Source: the human T2T-CHM13v2.0 reference genome, Homo sapiens. Taken from it: 64,000 nt of DNA. Both the position numbers and the translations under genes were made by a program. This document shows, piece after piece, positions 1 to 17,664 of this stretch. The notes under the pieces are model-generated. The model saw only the letters and a program-made list of their open reading frames with translations, had not been told where the DNA came from and made no database searches. Numbering within the stretch: position 1 is the first letter of the stretch; every line of letters starts with the position of its first letter. The stretch is from NCBI RefSeq assembly GCF_009914755.1, contig NC_060941.1. One strand, written 5' to 3'.

Positions 1-24
1 AATATGTTTCCTTCAATTACCCAG

Positions 25-275
25 CTGGACAGTTTAGTTCACCAGACCCTGCAAGCATACAAAAGCTGCTGGGGAATTGTTGTGATTTAGATAATTTCTA
101 ATCTCCTCTTTGCTTAACCTGCAGGGGCCATGGGCAGTCTCAGAGACCAGGGGGAAGAGAGAGGGAGGTGGGGAGAGCTTGTTCTCATCAACCTGAGATG
201 TAGGTCCTTGGCTCAGCTTCAGGGACCGATGCTGCATTCACACCAAGAGGCTGAAAAATATTGTGCAAGGTGAAG
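25..275 (+). pseudogene. Decayed exon(s) encoding a CUB domain (CUB-1)
   Basis: Acceptor ttcaattacccag|25 (alternative cctgcag|125) and donor aag|gtacgt after 275. Translation gives GQFSSPDP near the start. At 182-255 it gives FSST*DVGPWLSFR-[+1]-TDAAFTPRG*K, matching the CUB C-terminal consensus S.gn.lwl.F.TD....rGF. Contains stops and a frameshift. Confidence 0.6.
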
Positions 276-364
276 GTACGTTGGTGGGGGGCTGGTAAGG
301 GATGAGAGGTGGGGTGGAGAATGTGGAGCAGTCACAGGGAAGACGAGACAGAGCTGCTGCCTAG

Positions 365-590
365 CTTGGGTGCTAGGAAGCGAAGGACCATCAATGGGGA
401 CTCAGATTTTAGTCTCTGATATTACACCTCACACCCATTCGGCAAATTTCAGAGGGATTGTTGCTGGTTCATAGAGATCACCATTTTGATGTGTTACTTG
501 AAATGAAATTTGGTAGCCCACTTGCCATGACAATATTACCTGTGATGTCTGCTTGGCTAAGCTCATTAAATAGGCAGTAGATTTATACTT
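365..590 (+). pseudogene. Decayed exon, N-terminal half of a second CUB domain
   Basis: One frame, 381-479: RRTINGDSDFSL*YYTSHPFGKFQRDCCWFIEI, resembling the CUB 'G...S.nYP..Y....C.W.I.v' motif. Ends are approximate. Confidence 0.5.
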
Positions 591-850
591 AAATTACTTG
601 ATCAGGGGACTAATGACTAGGGGGATGGCTTCTTGGTCATCATGGAAAAATTGCAAAGGACAGTGGAGAATCAGATCGAATTAGAACAATTGTTTGGGGG
701 TTGAGTGAGCCTCTGTGGCCTGCGATGCTCTCCATGGGTGCACGTGTCCTGGGCTATCAGAATTCTAGATTTGTGGATATAATGGCAGCATTTAACTCTC
801 CTCTTTCACTAATGTTTTCTGGGTGTCTGACATCTGTTTCTGCTCTAAAG

Positions 851-990
851 GGTCCTCTGATTCCCCTTGAAGCACTGTTTCCTCCTTGTGTGATACAGTC
901 TTATGGAAATGTCCTCATGGTCCAGTTATCCCATGACCCAGTCTTGGCCAGCTAGGTGATTCCTACACGTGACATGGCTCCTGGCATGGC
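851..990 (+). pseudogene. Decayed exon, C-terminal half of the second CUB domain
   Basis: Acceptor ctgtttctgctctaaag|851. PPCVIQSYGNVLMVQLSHDPVLAS (tail of ORF 701..955), then shifted R*FLHVTW. This matches CUB 'P..i.S.gN.l.v.F.sD....rGF...w/y'. Confidence 0.6.
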
Positions 991-1301
991 CGGTGTTCCA
1001 GGGCACCCCAGTGGTCAGGTCCTAGCCAGAATATGGGACAAGTGTGGTGCCCAGGTACCTTCTTCTAGATCTGTTTTGGTTCCTAGCCTGGCTCAGCAAT
1101 CTCTCTTCAATGCTATACAACCCTGAGATCCCTTATGCTTAACTTAGTTGGAATTGAATTTCTTGTTGGCAGGAGCCTGTGTTTTTTTATTGAAGTTTTT
1201 ATTAATTCCAGGGCAGGGACTTTAGAGATCACAGAATCCTTCATGTGGTTGCTTTTGTCTTTATTTTTAACAGAAGAAGAAATTGAAGAGATCTGTGGAC
1301 T

Positions 1302-1586
1302 GGCCAGGCATAGTGGCTCATGCCTGTAATCCTAACATTTTGGGAGGCCGAGGTGGGCAGATTGCTTGAGCCCAAGAGTTTAAGAGAAGCCTGGAAAACA
1401 TGGTGAAACCCTTTCTCTACAAAAAATACAAAAAAAGAAAAATAGCTTGGTGTAGCATGCACTTGTGGTTTCAGCTACTCAGGAGGCTGAAGTAGAAGGA
1501 TGGCTTGAGCCTGGGAGGTAAAGGTTGCAGCAAGCTAAGATTGTACCACTGCACTCCAGCCTGGGCAAAAGAGCAAGACCCTATCT

Positions 1587-1619
<33 letters not shown>
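1302..1619 (+). mobile_element. Alu (AluJ-like), full length
   Basis: ggccaggcatagtggctca start, AluJ-type ttgagcccaag, long poly-A tail. Confidence 0.95.
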
Positions 1620-2365
<746 letters not shown>

Positions 2366-3083
2366 CTATGACTTGACTTGAACTCAGGACTTCCTTAGTC
2401 CACTGCTCTCCTACAACCCACAGCTTCCTCAGTTTGAGCATCCTGGCAACTGTCTGGCCAGTCAGGTTTGTGACAGGAGCAGTGAGAGGGTCCATGGGAT
2501 AGCACTCAACAAGTCTCTCCTCCTGCAGTGTGGGTTGGCTGGTGTGTGTGTGCACAGAAGAGGGTGGAGGGAGTTGGCAGCACTTTGGGGAGAGCAGGGA
2601 ACACTTCAGAAAACACCTTCATTTGCCCTTTTGCTTGGTCAGAGGGCCCATGTCTAAATAGAAGTTTCCCATAATAAGGGTACATTAATATAAATGGGAA
2701 ATAAATAAGCAATAGCCACAACATTCACATTTCAGAATCACCTTGGAAGAAAGTCCTCAGGATCCCCAAGGAGCTGTGGAGGGAAGTGGAGCTGGAGTCA
2801 GCCCTAGAGATGTTCTTGCTCCCTCTGCCTTATAATCTGAATTCAACAAGTCCCCCACCCCCTCCCCACCCCAAAACTCTGCAGCTTCTCTCTCTGACAC
2901 TCATTTCGGGCTCTTGGCAGGAACCTGCCCTCTGACACTCACCAGGGCCCTTCCTCGCATGAATGGCCACACTAACGAGGGTGACATTTCCACTTCCTTC
3001 TGTTGTCTTTGTCTTCCTGCAACATCTTGGGACTGATCTCCTGGGATACCTAATTAAAAGGCCGACAGTGCTTTTACCAATAG

Positions 3084-3278
3084 TCATACTTGGAGCTGGG
3101 AATTGTATCTCTGTGAAATAACAAAGAGCATCTTTGGATTTGTCCTAGAGGCCTGTGTTCCATGTAGTCCACATCCATCAGACGGCAATGTAGTCCACAT
3201 CCATCAGACGGCAGGCGTTGAGTACCAGAGAGGCATACCATGTCTATAATCTGAGGACATCCTGCATTGCGACACAAG
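3084..3278 (+). pseudogene. Decayed cysteine-rich exon, probably two LDL-receptor class A repeats
   Basis: Acceptor cttttaccaatag|3084 and donor caag|gtaatt. Fragments across frames: GAGNCISVK, CPRGL, CVPCSPHPSDGRR*VPERH, GIPCL*SEDILHCDT. These resemble LDLa 'G.CI....CDG..DC.D.SDE..C'. Internal 26-bp tandem duplication. Confidence 0.4.
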
Positions 3279-3559
3279 GTAATTTTAATGATAACCCTGA
3301 CTGCATTCATTTGTCCAATGATTAATTCACTAACCATGAACTGCCTTCTGCATGTTAAGTACTAGGTTAGGAGATGAAGATACATGGATGAGCAAGAGGG
3401 CAGGCTCTTGCTCTCAAGGTGTTCAGTATGTTTGAGACTTGAGCAACATCTATTTCTCCTTATCTGATACTTACACCTTACTCTCTTCCCGAGGGACCCT
3501 CTCGTCCCATTTTCTATCCACAGAGATTTGAAGGAAAGAACTGATTCTATTTCCTGGCT

Positions 3560-4018
3560 TAAGGGCTCGGCAGATGAGCCAGGTCTAGCCATTAGAGTAC
3601 AGCTCCACAAATTGTACCTTTTTCCTACCCATAATGACTGGTTCAGAGAGGGAACACGACCCATCTCAGTCCCAGAAAGAGTCAGTCCTGGATCTATTCC
3701 ATCATTTGCTCTGCTCTATTCCATCATTTTTGCTAGAGCTCTTGGAACTGAGTTTTTTCCTTCTACCAGTGTTTCTAAGAGGCAGGAGGAAAGCCTAGAG
3801 ATTCTGGGGCTATCCTTCTTGCTGTTCGAGAAGAGACTGCTTGAGAATGAAGCCACAATAGAGGATAACAGATTTCTTAATGCATCATATAAGTACCTAG
3901 ATCCAATCATACCAAATCTACCCATGAATGTTTCAATTACTAATAAATTATCTTTTTTTTCCTTAGGCCAATTAGATGTGGGTTTTTGTCTTTTGAAACA
4001 AAAACAGTTCTTACTAGA
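3560..4018 (+). mobile_element. MaLR LTR (MLT1J/K-like)
   Basis: atgactggttcag...taataaattatctttt...gggtttttgtcttttgaaacaaaaacagttcttacta, typical old MLT1 3' half. Confidence 0.7.
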
Positions 4019-4243
4019 GTAAAACGGGAGCAAGATGAGTCGATCACTTATTATAACACATCGTGATAATAGATGTGTGCAGAAGTGCCTTGGAATCTGT
4101 AGCTGGGGAAGTGGGGCCACACCCAACCTGAGAGATTTGGAGAAGGAATCCCAAGATGAGGAATTACTTGGGCTAATCATAAAGAATGAGTGGGAATTGT
4201 CCAGGTACATTCCAGGAAGAAGGAAGAACCTAGATAAAAATAA

Positions 4244-4567
<324 letters not shown>

Positions 4568-5129
4568 TAACACACTATTTTTAAAGAAAAGGTCATTACA
4601 TTTCAGAAAGATTTGGATCTCAGATGACTTACTTAAAAACACTTTGGTGTTTAAAAGGCGAAACTTCTATTTTATGAGAAGTTAATAAATATGGGGCAGC
4701 TTATTCCTTTATGATGCTCTGTAACCGCTGCTGTATTGGTGAACTAATGATTTCCATACACACCCTTCTCATTCTTTAAGCATTCCAGAAAGGAAACATG
4801 CCCTCAGAAGAGAGTGGGATCTATGGCTGTGATTCACAAACCTGGATGTTCACCAGAATCACTTAGGGGAGTGGAAACACAGGCGCACAGACCCCCAACT
4901 CTGACGGAGGCATCTAGTGTTTTATTCAAATTTCTCAGATGATTTTGCTGTGTAGCCAGCTTTAACATTCACTGAATCTAAAGAGAGGAGAAAAATAACA
5001 TAATGATAGAAAGCACCAATATTTGGAAGTTAAGCATATCTGGGACTCTATTCCATCATTTATTAGCCACACTGCAGTTTCATCACCTCACCTGTAAAAC
5101 AGAAATAATCACATTCACATATTAATGAC

Positions 5130-6075
5130 ATTCACAAATAATTGTGTAGTGCTTCTTAGGTACCAGATGCCATCTAATGGATTTGGGATATATCAGTGAA
5201 CAAAGGGGTGAAGACCTCTGTCCAGTAGAGACAGACTGTGAAAATAATTAAAAGAGTAAGTATTGTGTGTGCTGGAAGGCCATAGTGCCAAGGAACAAAG
5301 GAAAAGCGTAGTCCAAGAGAGACCAAGAGTGCAAGGGAAAGTAAGAGAGCAGGTCGTAATATTACATAGGGCTAATCAGGGTGAGCCTCATTGGGAATGT
5401 AATTTGAGTAAGGACTTGAAGGAAGAGAGGGAATTAGCTAAATTATTATCTTGGGCAAGAGCATTACTGGTAGAGGGATAGAATACTGGGTTTCAGAGAA
5501 TGGAGTCAGGGAGGAATCTAAGTTTTTGGACAGTGAGATTGAAAGGATGTAGCTACTATACATTAAAATTAGGAATTGGTTTGTGAATAGAGCAGGTTTT
5601 GAGAGGAAGATCAGCAGTTCAGTTTAGGACATGTTAAATTTGAGATGTCTATTAAATATCCAAGTGGGAATGGTGACGATGTGTTGGCTATATGGATTTG
5701 GAGTTCAGACGAGAAGTCTTGGCTGGAGATATAAATTCAGAATTAACTATAGAAGTGTTTCTAAAGCATTGAAATGCTAAGAACCCAATAAGGCAGTGGG
5801 AACAGATAGAGAAGAAAGGAGGATAACATACTGAGTTCTGGAACTTTCTGATATGGAAAGAATAGGAAGAAGATAAAGAATCAGCTAAGACTGAAACTGA
5901 GGTATCCTAGTAGCTAAGTAAAGGAGTGTTTTAAGGAAGAAGAATGATACGGGGTGTCAAACACTACAGATGGGGCAAGTTAAGATGAGGGCTGAGAATT
6001 GACCCTTGGAGTGAAGATTACTGTTGTCCTTGACCAAAGAAACTTTGGGGGTAGGATCTGTTGGTGAAAGTGTGA
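5130..6075 (-). mobile_element. L2 LINE fragments (MIR fragment just upstream at ~5000-5120)
   Basis: Antisense L2 motifs: gttcagtttaggacatgttaaatttgagatgtct; gcaagttaagatgagggctgagaattgaccct. Confidence 0.8.
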
Positions 6076-6179
6076 GTCTTCATCATATGATTGTTGTGAG
6101 GATTATGTTGTACTAGTTTTAATGTTGTGTAAATTATTATCATAAGTGGTGTTTAGGAATAAATCTTAATCTTCCTTTT

Positions 6180-9890
<3,711 letters not shown>

Positions 9891-10319
9891 TATTTTAACA
9901 TTTAAATTGCATGTATGTTTCCTTCTCAACTCTGTCCTTTTGAGGACCATTTTCTCTGTGCTCCTTTCTGCAAACCTTCACATATAAAGAAGAAACTTTT
10001 TCACACAGTTCAGTTTGCTACCCAGAGAAATCTAGAAACCTGTGGGTTATTTTTGGCTCCACTTTCGGCAGTTAAAAGACATAGAGAGAGAAATAGGGAA
10101 GAGGACAAAAGAGGAGGAGAAAAAGAGAAAGACTAACTCTTATACATATAATTTAATGTCTGTGAATCCAAGAAAGAGATTCTAGTATTCACCCTTTCCA
10201 GTTTTCATTAATCTGATGCTTGAGAGAGAGTACCTGTTCACTCTGTGATATCAAAATTTCCTGGTATCCCCCAGACTCTCTGGGACTGAAGGCAGGAGAG
10301 AGGAGGGAGGGAAGGTGCC

Positions 10320-10505
10320 ATGGTTTGAATCCTTCCTCTACCCCTTTAGCTGTCTGACCTTGGGCAAGTAACTAAACTTCTCTGAGACTCAGAATTCTCA
10401 TTGGTAAAATAATTAAACTTATTTTTATAAGGATGAAGTAAAATTATTTATGTAAAACACATGATCCTGTGGTGGGCACATGTTAAGACCTATTATTATT
10501 ATTCA
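10320..10505 (+). mobile_element. MIR
   Basis: gctgtctgaccttgggcaagtaactaaacttctctgagactcag core. Confidence 0.8.
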
Positions 10506-10679
10506 TTATTATTAGTTGATATTATCATTCCAGGTTTGATATTATCATTCCAGTCTTGTACAGTAGTTCCTGGTGAATGGGTTTCTGCAAAAGTCACCTA
10601 TTTCATACAAATATGAGCCCATGGAAACCTCTTTTATCCCCTTGATTTACTAACTTGTTTATATTTTTCCCCCTTTAAT

Positions 10680-10998
<319 letters not shown>

Positions 10999-11053
10999 TT
11001 CCCGCTTTAATTTTTTAATCCTCCAATAAATGAGGATTTTTCAGATTGATTAC

Positions 11054-11460
11054 TGTATTAGTTTGCTAGGGCTGCTGTAACAAAGTAACACAAACTCAAT
11101 GGCTTCAATGACAGAAATGTATTTTCCCATAGTTCTGGAAGCTGGAAGTCCAAGACCAAGGTGTCAGCAGAGTTGGTCCTTCTGAGGGCTGTGAAGGAGA
11201 AACCTCTTCTATGCCTCTCTCCTCGTCTTCTATGTCTTTTCACCTAGTGTCTTTCCTCTCTGCATATCATTGGGTAAAACTTGTATCTTTTGAAAAGAAC
11301 ATGAGTCATATTGGATTGGGGTCCACTCTAATGACCTCACTTTAAAATTTAGTACCTCTGTAAAGACCCTGTCTCCAAATAAGATCACATTAACAGATGG
11401 GGGAGGTTTGAACTTCAAAATATGAATTTTGGTAGGGAAGACACAGTTCAATCTATAATA
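11054..11460 (-). mobile_element. MaLR solo LTR (MLT1B/C-like)
   Basis: tgtattagtttgctagggctgctgtaacaaagtaacacaaact...gacacagttcaatctataat. Confidence 0.9.
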
Positions 11461-11754
11461 ATTGGCTTGTCAATAACTTCTCTCTTCTGCTAGTTTTGTC
11501 CTATCTTGCTCTTTGTCAGTGCTCTCTAGTTTGAGAAATTTCCAAATTCTTTGTGAGGCTCAGTCACCTGCTCCACACACCTTTCCTTTTTTTAGAAGTT
11601 TGGCTCAATTTAGTCTCTGTTCTTGGACTGTCGTTACTTTTTCTGACTCTTTCTTGATCCATTGAGGGGAAATTCTGTCACTAGTTGGCTGTTCTCGTGC
11701 TCTTGCTGCATTTGTCTTTGTTTTTGAACAAATTCCAAAAATAATCCTTTGTAA

Positions 11755-11975
11755 CCTGTAATTTTTATCTCTACATTGTCTTTTGTTTTGCTTCACATTG
11801 CTGGAACCATGACAGAAAATTCTCAGAGTAATTTCGATTAGCATATATTCATGGCAGGCCTATAAAGGTTATTTTATTCTTAGGCAGATGCATCTGTAAT
11901 TTTGCGTCTCTCAGTACACATGGCTTCCAGCCTCAGAGCAGAAACCACTTTTGGACATGACATGGAACTCATGTA
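11755..11975 (+). pseudogene. TLR-like pseudogene fragment 1: candidate signal peptide, LRR-NT and first LRR
   Basis: Hydrophobic VIFISTLSFVLLHIAG (~11758-11805). GRCICNFASLS (11883-11915), then shifted QYTWLPASEQKPLLDMTWNS (11912-11971). Resembles the TLR N-cap 'C....L..vP..LP.....LDLs.N'. Confidence 0.5.
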
Positions 11976-12029
11976 TGAAATGGGCTTTGGAATGCTATAT
12001 ATTTTCATGCTTAGAAATTTTGTTTGATT

Positions 12030-12845
12030 TATTTCAATTCAACAAATATTTATTGAGCACCTACTATGCATCAAATCCTGGACATAAAATAATTCATAAC
12101 ATGTGGATGCTGATCTTCAGAAGCCCTTGATCTAGTAGAAAAGACAGATCTTGATACAGTGTGGCAAGTGATACTCATGATAAGCATAAAACGCTGTGCA
12201 AGCTGCTAAGTTTTGGATTTTATTTCATTTTTGAGAGTATCTTAGAGCTTATACATTTTTTTTTCTTGAGGTTTTTCTTGAAGTTTTTTTCATGGCTGTT
12301 GGTCCAGATGAATGATGGTATGACCTGACTTCATGGCTTTCCAGTGCTCTTGGGGTATATTTAAAATCTTCAGAGTTGGCTATTGGGGCCTGCGTGACCT
12401 GACCCTGCCCACCTCCCCTGCCTGAGCTGGAGTCACACTGCTCCCAGGACAATGTTTTCCTGCAACACTAGTGGCCTTTCGGTTGGTGAAGGCTTTATAT
12501 TTTGTCCCTTTTCAAGATCTAAGCATAGGGTTCTGCCAGTGATATGTTTGTTCGTATCATTTGGGCAACAACTTTTCTTCCTCTGGCCTTCATAATAAAA
12601 GCCACTTCTCCAAAAGGGGTTTTGCCAGGATCCCCTCTCTGTATCTCAGTCAATTCCTCTGTGTTACTCTTTTCCTGTGCCTTTCCTTCATCACACTTAC
12701 AATGGTTTATATCTACTTATTTGTGAGATTAGTTCTTTTATGTCTATTACTTCCACTGGATTATAAGATCTATGGGGTAGGAAATTCACCTCTTTTGCTC
12801 ATCATTCTATGCCCAGCATAGTGTCTGACTCAAAATGAGATCTGT
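12030..12845. mobile_element. Two L2 fragments (antisense ~12030-12240; sense ~12290-12845)
   Basis: ttcaacaaatatttattgagcacctactatg (L2 3' end, antisense); ccactggattataagatctatggggtagg...cccagcatagtgtctgac (L2 3' end, sense). Confidence 0.7.
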
Positions 12846-12849
12846 TAAA

Positions 12850-13010
12850 ATTTCCATCTTTAATCTTTTACGTCTATCCTCATGTTCTCTCCTTACACAC
12901 TGATTAAAGGGTCCCAGCTAGAACTTGCATCCATGTGCTCTGGCTCCAAATCTCCTGCCTTGTGCTGTAGTCTCATTCTGGGATCATCTGATTTACTTGT
13001 ATGGCTAGAG
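12850..13010 (+). pseudogene. TLR-like pseudogene fragment 2: about 2 LRRs
   Basis: Single frame from 12850: ISIFNLLRLSSCSLLTH*LKGPS*NLHPCALAPNLLPCAVVSFWDHLIYLY, fitting LxxLxLxxN/CxL..F spacing. Confidence 0.6.
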
Positions 13011-13519
13011 ACTCACTTCTGAAAATTGTTGTATGGATGTAGCTTCCAGAATGAGATCCTGTGCTGACATTTATGTTTTCTTTATTTCTTTTTGAAAAAA
13101 ATATGCTACATTGAGATAAAGGGGACAAAGTTATGTGAAATTAAATGAACTCTTTGTAAGCATTATTCCTACAATTTGAGTAGGTATAAATAAGCAAATG
13201 GTAGTGCCTGTATGGGATGACCTGGGTCCCAGTCAGAAAATAGGCTTTATCTCATGCCAATTCCAGAATGTTATTGGTAGCTGCCTAGAGTGTTACATTG
13301 AAGATTTTGTTTAAAGTTCTGTCTTGCCGCACAATGAAAAAAAAATGGCATGGTTGATTAGCAGTATCTATTTTGGGAATAGGGAGGAGAGGCAGCACAC
13401 ACACAGACCTTATCCTATTGCCCTAGGCCTCAGAGATGGGTTAACTCACTAGAGTAACAAAATTGGAAACTCTACTCTGTATTTTCAGTATATGCTGAAT
13501 GATGGGTTTTCCATTGTTC

Positions 13520-13855
13520 TTTTTAATGTATACATAATTTACAAACAGTGAAATCTACACTTTTTAGGATAGCATTCTGAGAGTTTTGACAACACACACA
13601 GTTGTGTAACCACCATCATGCAGTCAAGATTACAGAAGAGTTTTGTTATCCTCCCAAATTCCCCCTTACCCTTTTGTAGTCAGCTCCTCCCTTCACCTCA
13701 AGCCCTTGGTGACACTAATTTGCTTTCTATCTTTATAGTTTTGCTTTTGCAAGAATGTTATATAAATTTAATTAATGTCTGTAGCCTTTTGAGACAGTCT
13801 TCTTTCATTTAGCATAATGCATTTGAGAGTCATCCACATTGTTGCATGTGAACAG
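13520..13855 (-). mobile_element. Old L1 3' end (L1MB/MC-like)
   Basis: gagttttgacaacacacacagttgtgtaaccaccatc...tttagcataatgcatttgagagtcatcca. Confidence 0.85.
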
Positions 13856-13922
13856 GTTTTAATTCAAGGTTAGTTAAGAGATCAATCAATGAAATAGATA
13901 TTCATTTACTAATTTAAAAATA

Positions 13923-13988
13923 TTTATTGAACTTATTGAAATTATGACCATTAATATGCTTGGTCATAATTTCAATAAGTTCAATAAA
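13923..13988. repeat. Perfect inverted repeat, 28-bp arms, 10-nt spacer
   Basis: tttattgaacttattgaaattatgacca (13923-13950) is the exact reverse complement of tggtcataatttcaataagttcaataaa (13961-13988). Confidence 0.95.
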
Positions 13989-14030
13989 CACAAATAAATA
14001 TCCATAAGCATGGTCTTTTTCCATTCCAAA

Positions 14031-14078
<48 letters not shown>

Positions 14079-14090
14079 ATCTATCTATCT
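14031..14090. repeat. (TCTA/GATA)n tetranucleotide microsatellite
   Basis: About 14 TATC units with one interruption. Confidence 0.95.
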
Positions 14091-14260
14091 TTATATGTAC
14101 ATCTCAAGGTAAGTTACCATAAAACAAATTCTAAATGACTGCTTAGAGGCAGTAAGTTCTGAAGGAGTTTGGAGGAGGGAGAGGTCTTTGTTTACAACTG
14201 GGGGTGTTTTTATAAAAGTAGATGGCATTTGAGTGAGCCTTGGAGAGTAGTTAGGACATC

Positions 14261-14410
14261 CCTTTAGAAATGTTGAATATCACTAACAAAGTATTTAAAT
14301 ATTCTTGTTTTGCTTCTCAGGAGTCCATTAGGCCTTTTTCACTTGCAGTCCAACCTTATAGCCATGCACAAGCACGAAAAAGGATATTCTGGAGAGTGAG
14401 AGATTTTTAA
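14261..14410 (+). pseudogene. TLR-like pseudogene fragment 3: about 2 LRRs
   Basis: PLEMLNITNKVFKYSCFASQESIR (14261-14332), then shifted LFHLQSNLIA, then KRIFW. Two consecutive LxxLxLxxNxI units. Confidence 0.65.
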
Positions 14411-14559
14411 AATCATTTTTTACTATAATGAACATTTACTAACCATATACTACTCGTAAAAGTCAGTGCAAAGTGTTCTGGAGAATACAAAGGTAAAAAA
14501 GACGTTGTTTTACTTCTTTATCTGTCACTTATTTATACTACACTTTTCTTTACTCTATC

Positions 14560-15035
14560 CTCATTCCCGCCCCCCTTTCTTCTATCTTGTTTTATAAAGG
14601 ATTTGAACCAGCTTCCAAAAGTACTCATAAAATAAATCATTAAAAATATTTGGACAAAGAGATAATATGAGAAAAAAAACCCAAAACAATCCAGGGGTAA
14701 ATTTACTTACCCCCCAGGAATGTATACCAGATTATTTTATAGAGATACTAGAGATTGGGCTGTATATTTTCTGGAGGCTAAAGTAAGTAGGGAAATGTGT
14801 TTGGTTAAAAAACCCATATTGTCCAGAAGAAAAAGACAACCCACTTGTTTAAGGTTTTCATCTTGCTGAGCTGAGAAAAGATTTCTCCCTTGGGTCTTCA
14901 TAAAGAAACCACTTTTTGATTCAGAGAATATCTTCCTGGCTTCCATCCCAGCAATAAATACAAGAAGAGCAAAGTTTGCTTGGTTGCTTCGTGCAGCATC
15001 CCTCAATGCAAGTCAATATTGGAACAGCAAAGCTC
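14560..15035 (-). mobile_element. Ancient LINE fragment (L4/RTE-X-like)
   Basis: tctatcttgttttataaaggatttgaaccagct and agatttctcccttgggtcttcataaaga resemble L4 antisense. Family call is from memory. Confidence 0.5.
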
Positions 15036-15044
15036 CATTATGTC

Positions 15045-15300
15045 AAGTAAATCTGACAACAGTCAGAGTGATGCCATCCAGATACACAGCTCTCAGATGG
15101 TGTGCTCTGATCCTAGGGCAAAATTTATCATTTCTAGAAAATAGATAAATAGCATGTCCTTCAGACAATCCTCCATAAATATCTATTCTCATAAATGGGG
15201 TTTTGATAGGATTTGGACAACAGAGACTTATCTGACACGTAACTAGAATACATCTATTCAGTGTTTCCATTAAGGGCTGATACACATATTTTGACAACCG
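15045..15300 (+). pseudogene. TLR-like pseudogene fragment 4: 2-3 LRRs
   Basis: SDNPP*ISILINGVLIGFGQ (15161-15220), then shifted ETYLTRN*NTSIQCFH*GLIHI (from 15223). Confidence 0.55.
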
Positions 15301-15414
15301 ATCAGACAGAAGGTAGGATATTATTGTTAATTGAAAATCGTGAAGACTATATAAGGTGTGTTTGAATAGGGGTTATTCCTCCTTGGTGCAAGGTGTTCTT
15401 ATTCTAGAAGAAGG

Positions 15415-15615
15415 TGCTGTGCTGAGACCTTTAGATATATTCTGTCATTTGAACATCCCATAGCATCCCTTTATTGTGGCTTCTATTTTCATCCCCATTT
15501 TACAGAAAAGCTAACATTTTGAGGAGTTCAGTGATTTGTTCAACTTACAAGCTTGTAAGTCTTAGAGCCAGGATTCAAAATCAGGTCTCTCTGGAATCAG
15601 AAATCTGCAAATCTT
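15415..15615 (-). mobile_element. MIR
   Basis: catccccattttacagaaaag...agagccaggattcaaaatcaggtct. Confidence 0.8.
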
Positions 15616-15619
15616 TGTT

Positions 15620-16460
<841 letters not shown>

Positions 16461-16480
16461 TTTTAGAATTGTGGGTGAAA

Positions 16481-16784
<304 letters not shown>

Positions 16785-17250
16785 TGAAACTTGTTTGTCA
16801 CAATAATTGGGAGGCACTACTGGCATTTAGCGGCTGAGGTCAAGAGAAGCTAGATGTACTGCAGTGTATGATACATTCTTATAAACAGGAATGTGTCCTG
16901 ACATCTTGTGACTTTGAAGTATTTTGCCAGATATTCAGGTGTAAAATTTGTAATTATTTGAATCTATAAAATAAATTTATTTTACATAAAACCACAAAAT
17001 ACTCTACATAGGTTTAGTCCACATGAGCTTTCCAAGAATGTAGCTGACATGTAATTTTTAAAAAATGCACTTTCAGAACTTTACCAAGTATTCACTATTC
17101 TGGAAAATCACATCATCAACAGCAGTTCTACTGGTGTACTTGAATTACTCATTCAACACGCTTGTTGAAGTTTGCCTTAGCAATGGATGCATTAAGGTCA
17201 TACTACACAAAGGTGGGTGTGTTCTAGTTAAGTTACCTAAGCATTTCCCA
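16785..17250. mobile_element. hAT-Charlie DNA transposon relic (MER3/Charlie1-like), first part; second part ~21940-22335
   Basis: ttgtcacaataattgggaggcactactggcatttag start; aaaagaggacattgggcttgatagggttgtgaactagtg terminus at ~22295-22330. Confidence 0.6.
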
Positions 17251-17259
17251 TTGACTAGA

Positions 17260-17662
17260 AGAAAATGTTTGCAAATCATATAACTCACAAAGGATTGATA
17301 CCCAGAATATATAAAGAACTCTTACAACTCTGTAAAAACAGAAAAACCCAAGCAACATTCTTTAAAAATGAGCAAACGATTTGAAGAGACATTTCTCCAA
17401 AGAAGATATATAAAAGTCCAGTAAGTGCATGAAAAGATGTGCAACATCACTAATCATTAGGGAAATGCAAATCAAAACTCAAATGAGATACCACTTCAAC
17501 CCATTAAGGTGGCTACTACCCAAAAAGCAGGAAGTAAAGTGGTGAGGATATGAAGAAATTAAAACACTTTTGCTCTGGGAATTGTAATTGCAATTGGGTA
17601 AGTAAAATGGTGCAACTGCCGTGGAAAACAGTATGGTGGTTCCTCAAAAAATCAAACATAGA
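17260..17662 (+). mobile_element. L1MA/MB-type ORF2 3' part; continues at ~21228-21930
   Basis: cagaatatataaagaactcttacaactc...cactaatcattagggaaatgcaaatcaaaac; the 3' UTR (gaaccttgaagacattatg, gatgaaaaagttctggagatgg) resumes after 21228. Confidence 0.85.
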
Positions 17663-17664
17663 TT

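Noticed and set aside
3528-4210. Two overlapping 164-aa ORFs on opposite strands
   Set aside because: They overlap an MLT1 LTR and show no domain-like sequence.
11596-11745. Weak LRR-like strings (SLAQFSLCSWTVVTFSD; LFLDPLRGNSVTS; LLHLSLFLNKF)
   Set aside because: T-rich sequence, motifs scattered over three frames and upstream of the better signal/LRR-NT candidate; may be chance.
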